64,000 nucleotides of DNA from Octopus vulgaris (Eukaryota): NCBI GenBank assembly GCA_951406725.2, contig OX597822.1:85188001-85252000 (forward strand), given 5' to 3'. The translations under genes were made by a program, and so were the position numbers. Positions 40,128 through 54,357 of the stretch are shown in pieces; the stretch's first letter is position 1; each line of letters begins with the position of its first letter. The notes below the pieces were generated by a model. That model made no database searches. It worked only from the letters and a program-made list of their open reading frames with translations, and was not told the DNA's origin.

Positions 40128-41258
40128 TCTCTCTATATATAAACGGCTGTTTGTCTGTCTGTGTGTCTGTCAGGTTGTACCCTCACCCTGACCACGGCTT
40201 TCAACCGATTCTGATAAAACTTGACACACACATAGCCCAATGTCATAATTCAAAACTAACACAGCGAAAATTTTGAAAAGTTCCCCCAGTTCTGAAAATA
40301 ATCGATAAATTCGACATGGGGTCGAGAATCTAAGCTTTTTATATGCAACACATTTTCTATTGTAGTTTTCGCAACTTGCAATCGATTTTCACCAAACTCA
40401 TGGTGAAGCTTAATGTTACCCTAAGAAACTTAATTCTGACGTTAGTTTTTCATGCAATACCTTACCATCAGAAAAAATCGATAAAATCATGCCATTTTGG
40501 GAAATCGCGTTCAAATTCAAGATAACATATTTTCGACAATATCTTTCACAAATTGGCAGGAATTTTTTAAAAAATTCACAGCGAGCATCATGTCTGCTCC
40601 AAGGAGCTATATGGCCCTTTTTATTCCAATAGGATACTTTATTACTGGAAAAAATCGGTTAATTAAATCATATGTGGCACACATAGCAAACCGATTTGTG
40701 TATTAAACACAAACCACAGACTGACCTTTTTAACTCTCGGAACACGTGGGGTAAGTATCCCAAAATGTATAAAAATGTACAAAAACGGCAAAAAAGCGGG
40801 CAGCAATGTGAGTGACAACAACGAAAAAGTCAAAAGTGACCAAACGAATGGAAAAGGGTTTTTGGTGCACACGACAAAAGCGGTTTATAATAAACCAAGA
40901 GTTTACAAGTAGCGTCCGAGGACCCTTAGGGTACGTCAAAAATTTAAGGTAAAACGTTTGGGGTGGTAGTTATAAAGAAAGTTTAAACAAAAAAAAGTAT
41001 TCGAATAACTTGCGGCTGCAGCAGCTATTAGGAGAAGTGGCAGTGTTGGGGGTAAAGTCTCGAATGTAATTTCTTCCTGGTAGGAATTGGTTGGGTTGAA
41101 TTATTGATAGCTGTTTGATAGTTATTTGGGAGTGAAGAGAAGACATTGCAACCTACACATGCACCTTCGTTCCCTAGAGGGAAATGGACTAGATTGGGAT
41201 TAGTCGTTGCCTACTAGGGGCTCTTACATACCCGGGCAACGCCAGGTTATGCTGCTAG
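40128..41258 (+). mobile_element. Non-autonomous Helitron
   Basis: 5' A|TCTCTCTATATATAAAC; 3' GC-rich hairpin CCCGGGCAACGCCAGG (41231-41246) followed by CTAG|T; no TSD. Confidence 0.85.
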
Positions 41259-41478
41259 TATATATATATGTTTGTGTGTCTATGTTTGTTCCCCACCACC
41301 GTCACTTGACAACCGATGTTGGTATGTTTACATCCCCGTAACTTAGCGGTTCGGCAAAAAGAGACCGATAGAATAAGTACTAGGCTTGCAAAGAATAAGT
41401 CTTGGGGTTGATATGTTCGACAAAAGGCGGTGCTTCAGCATGGCCACAGTCAAAATGACTGAAACAAGTAAAGGATTA
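41259..41478 (+). mobile_element. SINE family A 3' half (a matching head fragment lies at 37326-37372)
   Basis: Tail sequence identical in structure to other family A copies. Confidence 0.85.
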
Positions 41479-42717
41479 AAATATTAGAAAAGATTAAAAG
41501 ATTAGAGTCAAATTTTAATTATCTAAAATTCCATTCCTCACCATACCCTACATACCGGAATCCATTTTGTCATAAAGTGTTTGAGCAGTTGGCTCTCCGG
41601 GATATTTTCCCAAACATTCTAATAAACACCAGTTTTGTTACCAGGTTCATTTGTTCTTATCATTAAATAACGTAATTGACACCTATGAGGGTATCACGAT
41701 TGAACTGGTGGATTCTCGGCGTTCGGCAAGGAAGATTCAACTGAATTACCTGCTCCTGAATAAACGTATAAGTGTCTGAGTATTCCGCAGACGTGTAATA
41801 GAATCTTTGTCACGCAGTTTTGAAGAACAAGTACAATACACCCGACGGGCTTCTATGCAGTTTCCTTCAACCGAATTTCAGTCGCAACATATGGTACACC
41901 CAGAGTTATTGAAAATGACATCTACCCGTTGATGTCATGCCACGGGATTGAACCCAGGAGCTTGTAGTCACGAAATAAAATTCTTAAACCTTCAACCTTA
42001 CTACACCTGCGTCACTTTAACATTTCATACGTGTTAATAAGGAAGCCACTACGTGGTCACATGACTTGCTAGAAACAACCATCAAATGTCATTCAAACGA
42101 AGGGCAAGGACTGATGGATATTCTAGTCTAAGTTATCTTTAAAAAATATGGAATGGTTGTGATGGAATGTCTTTGAGCAGAGATCTGCTTGGTCAAGGGT
42201 GACCGAGGGTTAAACAACAGTACTTCAGTTTTACACATAAGTCATTTTGTTTCTCTTTCTTTCCCCCTCTCTCTCTCACTCTCTCTCTCTCTGACTCTCC
42301 TCTTTTTATTTTCTTTACTACTCCCTCTTACCCCTATTTTTCAATCCCTTCTTTTCCTCCCCCTCCACACACACTCTCTCTCTCACAGCCACTTCCCCAT
42401 CCCCCTACAGCCCACCCCACACACAACCAAACTCTTTTATTTTAACATCCAACATAATCAAATTCACATCAAACCAACAACGAAAGAGATAAAAGGAGCA
42501 GGGGACGCAGAGGAGGAGGCGGTGCCACCTGAATGTGCCGCCATCATCCTCTACCATTTACACTTAATTGGACTCGATTCAACACCTCCAGCACACACTT
42601 CCCTCACATTTTCCAGCTCCCTTTTTCATAGTAGTAGTAGTAGTAGTAGTAGTAGTATTTTGCTGTTATTGTTGAAGGTAGTGTTGTTGTTGTTATCGTT
42701 GCTATTAAATTATATGT

Positions 42718-43045
42718 GAAGGCGCGTGGTTTAGTGGTTAGTGTGTTCGGTTCACGATCGTAAGGTCATGAGTTCGATCTCTGGCGACGCGTTCTGTCCT
42801 TGAGCAAGATACCTTATTTCGCATTGCCCCCAGTCCACTCAGCTAGCAAAAGTGAGTTGTACCTGTAATTCAAAAGGGATCCAGCCTCGTGACATTCTGT
42901 GTCACGCTGAATCTCCTTGAGAACTATGTTAAGGGTACGCATGTCAGTGGAATGCTCATCCGCTCGCACGTTAATTTTACGAGCAGGTTTTTTTCCGTTG
43001 ATCAGATCAGCTGGAACACTCATCGTCGAAACCGACGGAGTGTCA
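42718..43045 (+). mobile_element. SINE family D (CORE-like), full length
   Basis: A-box TGGTTTAGTGG, B-box GAGTTCGATCT, TGTCCTTGAGCAAGA block, tail TCGTCG.AACCGACGGAG. Confidence 0.88.
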
Positions 43046-43313
43046 ACAAAAGTAAATTAAAATATATTTGCACGTAATTTAATATACACAGAACTTCAAT
43101 AGGAACGACTATAAGTTTCATGGACAAGAGTCGAACGAGCTTGTATAGCGTGTCTTGTATTATCAGGCAACAGGCTATTCAAGCTCGTCCGATTATTGCA
43201 TTATCCAAGCATGAAACTTTTAGTAGGTCACATTTAAATCTTATTTATATCAAATGAGATTTACCTCTCATTGGATGGAATACGTCTTTGTTCATTCATC
43301 TCACTAATAACGG

Positions 43314-43372
<59 letters not shown>

Positions 43373-43425
43373 CTGCATGCATGCGTGTATGAATGTATAA
43401 ATATATTTTAATATAAGTATATATA

Positions 43426-43478
43426 CATACTGAAGAAGGTTGAGGCCTTCGGGCCAGAATCTGAAGCCATGGTATATG
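43426..43478 (+). ncRNA. Type I hammerhead motif with A15.1 changed to G
   Basis: CATA-CTGAAGA-AGGTT-ga-GGCC ttcg GGCC-ag-AATCT-GAA-GCCATGGT-A-TATG. Confidence 0.65.
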
Positions 43479-44143
43479 AGTATCTAAATGGCATATTCAT
43501 TAGGTGTGCTTTTCTTAATGTCTTAATTCCTTATCCATTTCCTCGCCTACTGTTGGTTTTCTGTTGTTTGATGCCTTTTGGCAGTTGAATTAGGAATTTA
43601 GCTCCTATTTCTAAACAGGTTGATGTTTTTTCCGCATCCTCATGCCTCGTGCTAACTTTAGATTTTTTAGCTATATAATGCTGTTTGACCTGTTGAACGC
43701 CTGTGTTACTGCTGTTAATATTATTAATTAAAAATATTCACTGCAGATGATGTTAACAATAGTAACATCTTACTTCGAGTGTAAATACTCGAATGTTTTT
43801 GCTTGTATATGCATATGTGTGTGTGTGTGTGTGTGTTGCGTATGCGTGTGTGTGTATGCTTGAGTGTATGTATGTTTACATTCTTAAGCTTCCTCTCACA
43901 ATTAGTTCTTCGAATATTTAAATTTCTGTCACTTCTTCTGATTCGTATTGTGTTGTGCATAAGGAAATATATATAGTTTAATTAATGATGAATCGTCAAA
44001 GAGTAAATATGCAAATTAATTCAATTAATTGAAAGGGGTTCAATCCTGCCTGAGAATTACGTTTAAGGCACGTGTCTGCAATGAGCTGGTGATTCAGTTA
44101 CACCATCAACTGGATACTCACCGTGGAAACTGACGAAGAACCA

Positions 44144-44223
<80 letters not shown>

Positions 44224-44294
44224 TGTGTGTCAGTGTTTATGTGTGAGTGTGTGTGTATGTGTGTGTGTGTTGTGTGTGTGTGTGCGTGTGCGTG

Positions 44295-44345
<51 letters not shown>

Positions 44346-44418
44346 CTCGATTAAATTTATTTAGAAAATTGTTATTTTTAAATCTCACGAGAGATATTCA
44401 GCAACAGTACTTTGTGGT

Positions 44419-44724
44419 AAAGATTGTTTGCCAACATAACAGGGCAGTCCTGGGTTAGGACGACTGTTGCTGTAATTCAGCCCCATGAGACATCGTCTCC
44501 AGCTGGCTATACAACACGATCTGTGTTCTTATATTTTCGAACAAGGGAATCGCGATACACTGATATTGTTTTGAGCTGAGTGGGGGTGCTAGATTCCCTT
44601 TTTCGAAAATATAAGGACACAGATCGTGTCGTATAACCAGCTGGAGACGATGTCTCCTGTGTCTAAATTACAGCAACATTCGTCTTATACCGGGACTGCC
44701 ATGTTATGTTGGCAAACAATCTTT
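44419..44724. mobile_element. Foldback/MITE with ~133-bp arms and a ~40-bp spacer
   Basis: AAAGATTGTTTGCCAACATAAC...GGGAATC (44419-44551) mirrors GATTCCC...GTTATGTTGGCAAACAATCTTT (44592-44724). Confidence 0.85.
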
Positions 44725-45010
44725 TCTCTAAATTTTTTTAGTTCTATAATTTGTTTCTTTGAATCCAGGATAGAGTCACAGGAAAGAAAGTCACTTGAAA
44801 AAGAAAGACAGCGTGAACAATGGAAAGCTTTGAGCTCGAAGCCCTCGTAAATCAATAACTCTAGTATCTAGAGAAAAAATAATTTTTACGCTTCCCCCTT
44901 TGTAATCTATCGACACAAAGACATACATAAACACACACATATTCGTTCATAATACATACACACATGCATACATACATACATGCATACATACATACATACA
45001 TACACACATG

Positions 45011-45124
<114 letters not shown>

Positions 45125-45540
45125 CTATTCTATATATAAAACTGAAATGCGTTTTTACCGCTTGGATCGCTTTCAATGCCACTACATCCCGTCCGATTCG
45201 CTCCAAAATTTACAGGGACATGTAGAATGAGGTGACGATGCGCGTGGGCTACCTTAGAAATCCCTAGCTTAAAAGGTGTGGTTGCTAGGGGCCATCTTCC
45301 TCACTCACCCTATTTCCTCCTTTCCCTCTCTTACTCCCCTTCATTAATAACTTTGAGAATGCCACTCCGGTTATTTAATGTATTCCCCTCAACTCCCTTT
45401 CACTTTCCCTTTATAAGTACGTCAGGCGGCTTTCTTTGATGTATCTGTTTGCATTTATAGGGAGAATTATCATCGCTACCAACAACACACAATCATGAGA
45501 ACAAATATTATGAATCAGATACTCTTACGTTCATTTATAT

Positions 45541-45685
45541 GTGTGTGTGTGTGTGTGTGTTCTATATATAAATATGTATATATAATGTATGTGTGTGTGT
45601 GTGTTCTATATATAAATATGTATATATAATGTATGTGTGTGTGTGTGTGTTCTATATATAAATATGTATATATAATGTATATATA
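45541..45685. repeat. Three-copy ~45-50-bp compound minisatellite
   Basis: Unit (GT)n-TCTATATATAAATATGTATATATAATGTAT occurs three times. Confidence 0.9.
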
Positions 45686-45951
45686 CAAAGTGTATATATC
45701 TTTATTTATGTATATTAAACTTTTTCATAGTTATATATATTTTTAAACAAATTATAAATATAATTTAATAATTTTTATTTTCAATTTAAATAATTTAAAT
45801 TTTTCAATTTTATATTTTATATATTTTATATATTATATATTTATTTTAATGTTTTTGTTTTTTGGTTTTTCACTGTTTGATTTGCCTATTAGTGGTTTTA
45901 TCTCTAATTTAATTTATACAGATATATATCTCATTTGTATATATAATGCGT

Positions 45952-46010
<59 letters not shown>

Positions 46011-46825
46011 ATGTGTGCATTACGTAGTCGGTCGATTCAGCTGAAAATATGCACACCTATGTTAAAAGTGCTGGCAAGTTTGCATGACAACTATTTTTTT
46101 CCTCAAATGAAGGGCGTCACCTCTAGGACAAAATTCCTCATCTTATAAAATGTGGCCCCAGTAGACCCGAATGAAATCGGGTTATATTAACCAAAATATG
46201 AAAAGGGGTCTAAATGGGACTGGAAGGGGATTGAAATTTCAAGGAGCGGGTGTTTAGGAATTCTCTGTTACATCAAGCTAAAAAATTTGCGCTAGCCTTT
46301 TAATCGTCAATGTGTTGCCGTCCATGATAAAGAAGTTTTGAATGCTTGCCATGGTGAGTCTACTGTCGTGAGAAAGAATCACTTCAAAACTTGGTGTTTA
46401 CGAATTTTCTTTTACATCAAGTTCAAAATTTTACGCCAGCCGTTAAACTGTCAATACGTTGTTGTCCGTCGTTAAGAAATGCCAGCCTTGGTGACTCTAC
46501 TATCCTCAGATTCTATCCCTTCAAACTTTGGTTTCCAATATTTTATTATTTTTATTCAGCTCGCAAGTTCATCTGTCCCTTTTAAATGTTAGCGTTTTGC
46601 TGTCTGCCTTGAAGCAGACCTTTCCATTGCCACTGCCTCATATTTCTGATTGATCTTTCTAAATATTTTATTTCTCAACTTACTCAAGATCTTCTGTTGT
46701 TTATAAATGGGAGAGAGATAGATAAAGATAGAGAGTAAGAGAAAGCGAGGGAGAGTCCGAGAGAAAAGAAAAGTAAGAGAGTGGGAAAGTGAGAGAGAAA
46801 GGAGAGAGAAACAAATACGGAGAAT

Positions 46826-47135
46826 CATCATCATCATCATCGTTTAACGTCCGTTTTCCGTGCTAGCACGGGTTGGACAGTGTGACCGGGGTCTGGGAAG
46901 CCAGGAGGCTGCACCAGGATCCAGTCTGATCTGGCAGTGTTTCTACAGGTGGATGACCTTCCTAACGCCAACCACTCCGTGAGTGTAGTGGGTGCGTTTT
47001 TCGTGCCGCCGGCACTGGTGCCAGGGGGGCTCGCAGCGGCAACGATCGGTTGGTGCTTTTTACGTGCCACCGGCACAGAAGCAAGTCAAGGCGGCGCTGC
47101 AATCGGCCACGCTCGGATGGTGCTTTTTACGTGCT
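46826..47135 (-). mobile_element. Repeat family E 3' part with (ATG)n tail
   Basis: Homologous to 10395-10578; internal repeats of GGTGCTTTTTACGTGCC. Confidence 0.75.
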
Positions 47136-47434
47136 GAAAGGAAGCAACAGAAAGTAACAACCACACTCTTACTCGCGCGTAGAGCGGGTCACCTTCAGCT
47201 AGTATATATATATAACAATTTAGGACAACTTCTTAATAAAATGCCCTCTATATATATATATATATGGCGAGAAGTTTGCTTCCCCAACTACATGGTTCCA
47301 TGTTCAATCCCACTGCGTGGCAACATAGGCAAGTGTCTTCTACTATAGCCTGGGGCCAACCAAAGCCTTGTGAGTGGATTTGGTAGACGGAAATTTGAAG
47401 AATCCCATCGTGTGTCTATATGTGTATGTGTGTG

Positions 47435-47500
<66 letters not shown>

Positions 47501-47589
47501 TGTGTTTGTGTCTGTGTGTGTGTTATAGGGTGTGGGGAATAAATTGTCTTCTAAATTGCGCAAAAAGGAAAATACCACTGACATCTCAT

Positions 47590-48395
47590 TTACTAAAATT
47601 ACATAAAAATATCTTGAAATACTAAAGAGTAAATTTATTCAATAAAATCGCCATTGGCTTCAACCACGGCCTCCTGACAACTTCGGAATCTCCTACAACT
47701 TTTCTGGACGGTCTCCTTGTTTAAGTTGGTGAATGCTGCCATAACCCTTGCCTTCAGTTCATCTTTGGTGTTAAAGGAATTTTGTTGGTGTCTCACTCAG
47801 CTGTGTCCCACACATAATAATCAAAGGGGTTGCAGTCTGGGGTGTTAGGTGGCCAGATGTTAGGTGACCAGATTTTAGGTGACCAGATGTTAGCCATTAC
47901 TGGGTTCTCCTGCTTGTGTGGTATGATGAAGAGTCCTGTTGCCAGATATAGTGTCTCCCAGCAGCCGTCCTCTTGACCCAAGGTAGCACTACCTCCACCA
48001 GGCACTTGATGTAGGCTTCCGTGTTGATCTGAGGCCGTGTGGGAAGATGAATGGAGGCATAACGTCGCCATCGCTAGTCATCACTCCAAACACCATAATG
48101 TTAATTGTATGTTTGATTTTTATCACTCTCGATACATGTTTTGAGGACACAGCAAACCAACGGTTGTTCTAAGTATTCACCATTTTTTCGTATTGGAGCT
48201 TCCGGCGCGAATGCCAAACAGTACAGCATGTCATTTCCAAATTTCTAGTAGAGTGAATTACATCATGGTGCTGTTGTTCTCACAAACGGTACCCAACTGA
48301 CCCTACTATACTGTCGTAGTCGACAATATCAAACATAAACAATGCACTTGCGCGAAATAAAGAATATAAAATGGCGACAACTTACCCATCGCACC

Positions 48396-48398
<3 letters not shown>
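47590..48398 (-). mobile_element. Tc1/mariner (maT/DD37D-like) relic, internally deleted
   Basis: TA|CAGGGTGCGATGGG terminus at 48398. Fragments IMVFGVMTSDGDVMPPFIFPHGLR and IWPPNTPDCNPFDYYVW (SPDLNP-type motif). The second TIR was not found. Confidence 0.85.
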
Positions 48399-48441
<43 letters not shown>

Positions 48442-48504
48442 GAAATGAAGAAAATGCATTTCCTTTTTTTATATATCACAACTCGTGTCCCACATCTCCT
48501 TTTT

Positions 48505-48568
<64 letters not shown>

Positions 48569-49411
48569 TGTATGTATGTATGTATGTGTGTATATGTATG
48601 TATGTAGGCATAAATGCGTCTTTGTGTCTTTGTCCACCACCGCTTGTTCATTCAAGAAATAACTTCACATTTAATTCTTCCGAATTTGCAGGAAGGCGGT
48701 GTTGCAGTTTAATCCTAAATTGGTTTCGACGGTACAGATGTATAATTAAAGGCACTCCATTCATGTCTCCCTCGTATTATTCTCTGCGGCGACCTTTCTA
48801 AAATCAGATAATCAACTATCTTAAGAGGCTGGGGTGAGATCTGATGGAGGTTTAGCTGCTATTTCGAACAGATTTTGTTAGTACAATGGAGTTTCCTGGT
48901 CAGCTCGTATATTTCAAGATAAATAAAAAAAATGATACATTAAATACATAAATGATGGATTCGATATTTTGTCCAAGGCCTCCTGCATATCGGGCAGAGT
49001 TGAACAACGAACGGCGAAGTCCTAGTTTGTAAGTTCCAATACACCGTAACTGAGTGTAATGTAGTTGAAACCGCCGAGTGGCTAAAGTTTAGGACAAACA
49101 ACTCCTTGTTTTCGGTTTCAAATACAATTCAGAAGATTCACTGAAACTCAAAGCAGATGAAATTGTGGAGTTAAAAAGATATTTGAACTACCAATGGTAT
49201 AAGATATAATGGTAACAAGCAGACGATCGTTTTAACTAAACTTTTGGGTTCAACTACACCAGACGAGGTTTATTGTTACAGTAAATAGAATGTTGCTTCA
49301 GTTTACTTAAGTTTTGAGGAATTGGTAAGAGATTATCTAGAAATATTCCCTGAGAAAGACAGACTTCGAAAAACTGTTAGAGATGATATTTATTTTAATG
49401 TCATTCATAGT

Positions 49412-49720
49412 GAAGGCGCGTGACTTAGCGATTAGGGTATTCGACTGATGATCATAAGACCGTGAGTTCGATACCAAGGAGTGTTGTATCCTTGAGTAAG
49501 ATACTTTATTTCACGTTGCTTCAGTTCAATCAGCTGGCAAGAGTAAGTTGTACCAGTAATTCAAAGGGTCAGCCATGTCGCATTGTGTGTCTGGCTGAAT
49601 TTCTCTGAGAACTATGCTGGGGGCATGCACCTCTTGTGGAGTGCTCGGCTACTTACACGTTAATTTCCCGCATAGGCTGTTCCCTCGATCGGATCAACTG
49701 AAACCCTCGTCGTCGTAACC
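49412..49720 (+). mobile_element. SINE family D
   Basis: Homologous to 42718-43045. Confidence 0.85.
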
Positions 49721-49824
49721 AAGTGCTTAGTTATGGCCCCTAAGGAGCAGCTGAGAGGAAGGAGCTTCGGCAGATCACTGATATGAACTGCCAATGGGAG
49801 GACGAGGACAACGACAAATATGGC

Positions 49825-49879
<55 letters not shown>

Positions 49880-49999
49880 TTGATGATGATGATGATGATG
49901 ATGATGACGACGACGACGACGATGATGATGACGATGACGACGACGGTGGTTGTGGAGGTGGTTTGGTGGTGGTGTTGGTGTTGTTGTTGGTGGTGTTGG

Positions 50000-50030
<31 letters not shown>

Positions 50031-50260
50031 AGAGGTGGTGACTTTTTTTCTTTGAGTAACAACAAAGTTGAGGACGATGTCAGAGATACACCATTGTCCT
50101 GCGTTGGTCACCTGCACTAACTCTCTCTCTCTCTCTCTCTCACTCACTTGAAAATGATGATGATGATGAAGATGATGACGACGGCGACGACGGCGACGAC
50201 GACGATGATGGTGGTGGTGGTGATGATGACGACATCGAAGACGACAACACCGATGATGCT
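49825..50260. repeat. Compound (GAT)n/(GAC)n/(GTT,GGT)n trinucleotide repeats
   Basis: Directly visible. Confidence 0.95.
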
Positions 50261-50605
50261 AAGAAAGTGCGATAATGGCAACAAGCAAGAACCTCGTCCA
50301 GTGTTCTTGTAGCACCTGCAACAACTCCCCCTATTGATGAGAATATAAGAAAGCATGATAATGGTATAAGATATAATGGTAACAAGCAGACGATCGTTTT
50401 AACTAAACGATGGCGGTACTAAATTGCTTGCTTAAGCGTAGAGTAACGTTTGGCCCTGCCCAACCTCGTCAAAGCTGTATCTATAACTAACTATATATTA
50501 GCTTTAATTACTCGCATTACACCTTTTAGCATGCATAACAACCAATACAAATGCATACATACATGTGTGTGTGTGTGTAGGTATATATGTGTGTATGTAT
50601 ATATG

Positions 50606-50649
<44 letters not shown>

Positions 50650-50696
50650 GTATGTATGTATGTATCTATTTATCTATCTATATATATATGTATATA

Positions 50697-50805
<109 letters not shown>

Positions 50806-51313
50806 ATTTCTATGTATGCATATGTATATGATGTCCCTATACACTTAATAGGGAGACTTAACGAAGCTCAATTGCAGATGACAATAACGAAGTCTTTAAC
50901 AACACACCCACACATGCAAGCCAAAATCTTTCTAACACCTCCATAAAGCTGACCACCCACCATTGCCACACACGGCACAACAATGCAATTTGGTCTTATT
51001 TCATTTCAATCTTCACCTTGCTTCTTTTTCGCTTTCTTTCTTTCTTTCTTTCTTTCTTTTTTCTTTCAATTATTTGTTTAATTTTCTTCGTTTCTTTTGC
51101 CGCTTTTTGTCCTAGTATCTATCTGTACCTCTATCTAATTTTTTTTTGTTTGTACGTAGATGTACGCACACACATACACACACACACGTAGGTACACACA
51201 CCAACACACATGCCACACACGTGTGATATATGTATGTACGTATATATGTATGTGTGTATATGCATGTATGTATATATATATATATATTCCACTTAGACTG
51301 TGTTTCTATGTAT

Positions 51314-51362
<49 letters not shown>

Positions 51363-51466
51363 TACATACATAGAAACACAGTCTAAGTGGAATCACACCT
51401 AAATTACTCTCTTTTTTCTTTCCCTCATTGTATGTGTGTTTATATATATGTATGTGTATATATATG

Positions 51467-51541
<75 letters not shown>

Positions 51542-52189
51542 GTAATTACAGATATAGATAAATAGATAAATAGATAGAGAGAAAGAGAAAGAGATAGACC
51601 GCGTGAGACGTGTGTGCGTATGTGTGGGTTTGTGTATGTGTGTTCGTATGTGCGTGCGTGTGTGTGTTTCTCTCTCTTTGTGTGTGTGTGCGTGTGTGTG
51701 TATGTGTGTGTGCGTGTGTGTGTGTGCGGCGTGCGTGTTAATGAATGTTAGATAGGCTAATGTAGAGAGATAAAAAGCTATGATATTGAGAGAAAAGCAT
51801 AAAGAATGGAAAGAAGACAAGTTTTCGCGAGATGAGGGGCGCTGACAGCGGAAGAAATCGAAAAAAAAAAAAGAAGAAAAACGAATCGAAAAAAGACAAT
51901 TGGTAAAAAAAGAATAAAAGAAATGTAAAAAAAGAAAACCTATAAAAAAAACAAGCAAAAACGAGGAAGAAAGGAAAAAGAAGAGAAAAATAAAGGGAGG
52001 AAGGTAGGAAAGAAAGAAAGAAAGAAATGGAAGGCTGCCGCCATTACACCTTGATACTGGTATGTTTAAAAGCGGAGAGCGTTGGCAATGAACCAGATCT
52101 AATAGGGCACACGCACAACGAGACTGGCCTTAATATCAACACCCCCGTCTCTATGGATGTAGGGGGGATGTGTGTATATTGGTTTATAT

Positions 52190-52471
52190 GTATGCATGCA
52201 TGTTTGTATGTATGTATATATGTTTATATGTATGTACGTATGTATTTGAATGTATGTATGTATGTATGTATGTATGTATGTATGTATGTATGTATGTATG
52301 TATGTACGTACGTATGTATGTATGTATGTATGTATGTATGTATGTACGTATGTATGAATGTATGTATGTATGTATGTACGTATGTATGTATGTATGTATG
52401 TATGTATGTATGTACGTATGTATGTATGTATGTATGTACGTACGTACGTATGTATGTATGTATGTACGTAC

Positions 52472-52502
<31 letters not shown>

Positions 52503-52620
52503 TGTATGTATGTATGTACGTACGTATGTATGTATGTATATATGTATGTATGTATGTATCTATGTACGTATGTATGTATGTACGTACGTACGTATGAATG
52601 TATGTATGTATGTATTTGAA
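52190..52620. repeat. (TATG)n/(TACG) microsatellite
   Basis: Directly visible. Confidence 0.95.
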
Positions 52621-53205
52621 TGCATGTTTAAATGTGTATATGTTGGTGTGTATGTGTGAATTTGTGTATGTGTTTGTATGTGTGTGTTAATGCATATGTG
52701 TGTGTGTGTGTATGTATACATGTGGGAATGTATCCGTGTTTGTATATATGCATGTTTGGGTACGTATGTACCTTAGCCAATTTGAGTGTTTGTTTGTGTG
52801 TGTGCGCGCGTGCGTGTGTGTGTGCGTGTGTGTTTGTGTGTTCGTGTACATCAATATAAATGTTATTGTTTATATTTCTATAAAATTGCATCTATGTATC
52901 TATATATGTGTATGCGTGTATGTACGTCTGTATCTGCTTATTTTGTATACATATATGAGAATGTGCATGTGTGTCTGTGTGTGTGTGTGTTTAGTATTGC
53001 AATGTATATATAAATACAAGCATACATACAGACACAGGTACTCGCCTTTATAATCGCATACGCACTTATGTATGCATTGTTCGACGCACTAGTGTATACT
53101 GTATAACCGTTCATAAACGCACACATAAACACACTAACACGCTCATACATACATACATACATACATACATACATACATACATACATACATACATACATAC
53201 ATACA

Positions 53206-53239
<34 letters not shown>

Positions 53240-53440
53240 CACAGTCTTACATACGTACGACCATATCTATATACATATATACTTACATAGAGGTACATAT
53301 ATACATACATATATATGTATACACAAGCACACACGTAGAACAAAAGAACACCGTGGAGCTTGTTCGAAAATGGTTCAATGCTTTGAGAGAATTTTAGATC
53401 GAATAAATTTAAATAATTTGATATAATTAGTGTATGTAAA

Positions 53441-53845
53441 CGTGGCTGTGAGGTTCCGGGTTCAGTTCCAATGCGCGGCATCTTGGGCAAACGTCTTCCA
53501 CTATAGCGTCGAACCGACCAAAGCCTTGTGAGTGGATTTGGTAGGCGGAAACTGAAAGAAGCCCGTCGTATATATATATATATATATTCTTTTACTTGTT
53601 TCAGTCATTTGACTACGGCCAAATCGACCCCAGGTATTATTTGCAAGCCTAATACTTATTTCCCGGACCGCTAAGTTACGGAGGCGTAAATACACCAGCA
53701 TCGATTGCCAAGTGACGGAGGGGGTATAAGCACAAACATGTACACAAACATACATACATATACTTGCCAAAGGCCGCCACGCAGTGGGACTGAACCCGGA
53801 ACCATGTGGTTGGTAAACAAGCTACTTACCACACAACCACTCCTG

Positions 53846-53910
<65 letters not shown>

Positions 53911-54128
53911 ATGTGTGTGTGTGTGTGTCTGTATGTATGTTTGTACCCCCACCATCGCTTGGCAACTGATGCTGATATTTTTACATCCCTGTAACTTAGC
54001 GGTTCGTCCAAAGAAACCGATAGAATAAGTACTAGGCTTACAAAGAACAAGTCCTGGGGTCGGTCTGTTCGACTAAAGGCGGTGCTCCAGCCTGGCCACA
54101 GTCAAATGACTAAAACGAATAAAAGAAT
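53441..54128. mobile_element. SINE A (+) with a second SINE A (-, ~53587-53845) nested in its central microsatellite
   Basis: Plus-strand head 53441-53570, reversed copy, then plus-strand tail 53935-54128. Confidence 0.85.
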
Positions 54129-54162
54129 ACTCATATATAGACACGGACGATTGCACGCGCGC

Positions 54163-54230
<68 letters not shown>

Positions 54231-54357
54231 CAATGACTCGTTTTATGTCATAAAAGCAACTTTACATAAAACTGAAAGTATATTCAATACTTTCGATAAA
54301 GTACAACTTGTTATTCTCTCATAAGAATAGTATTGAGAGTGACTTCGAAGTTTCAGC

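Noticed and set aside
46290-46512. Two diverged ~80-bp direct repeats ending GGTGA(G/C)TCTACT
   Set aside because: Probably internal repeats of an old unclassified transposon; boundaries could not be established.
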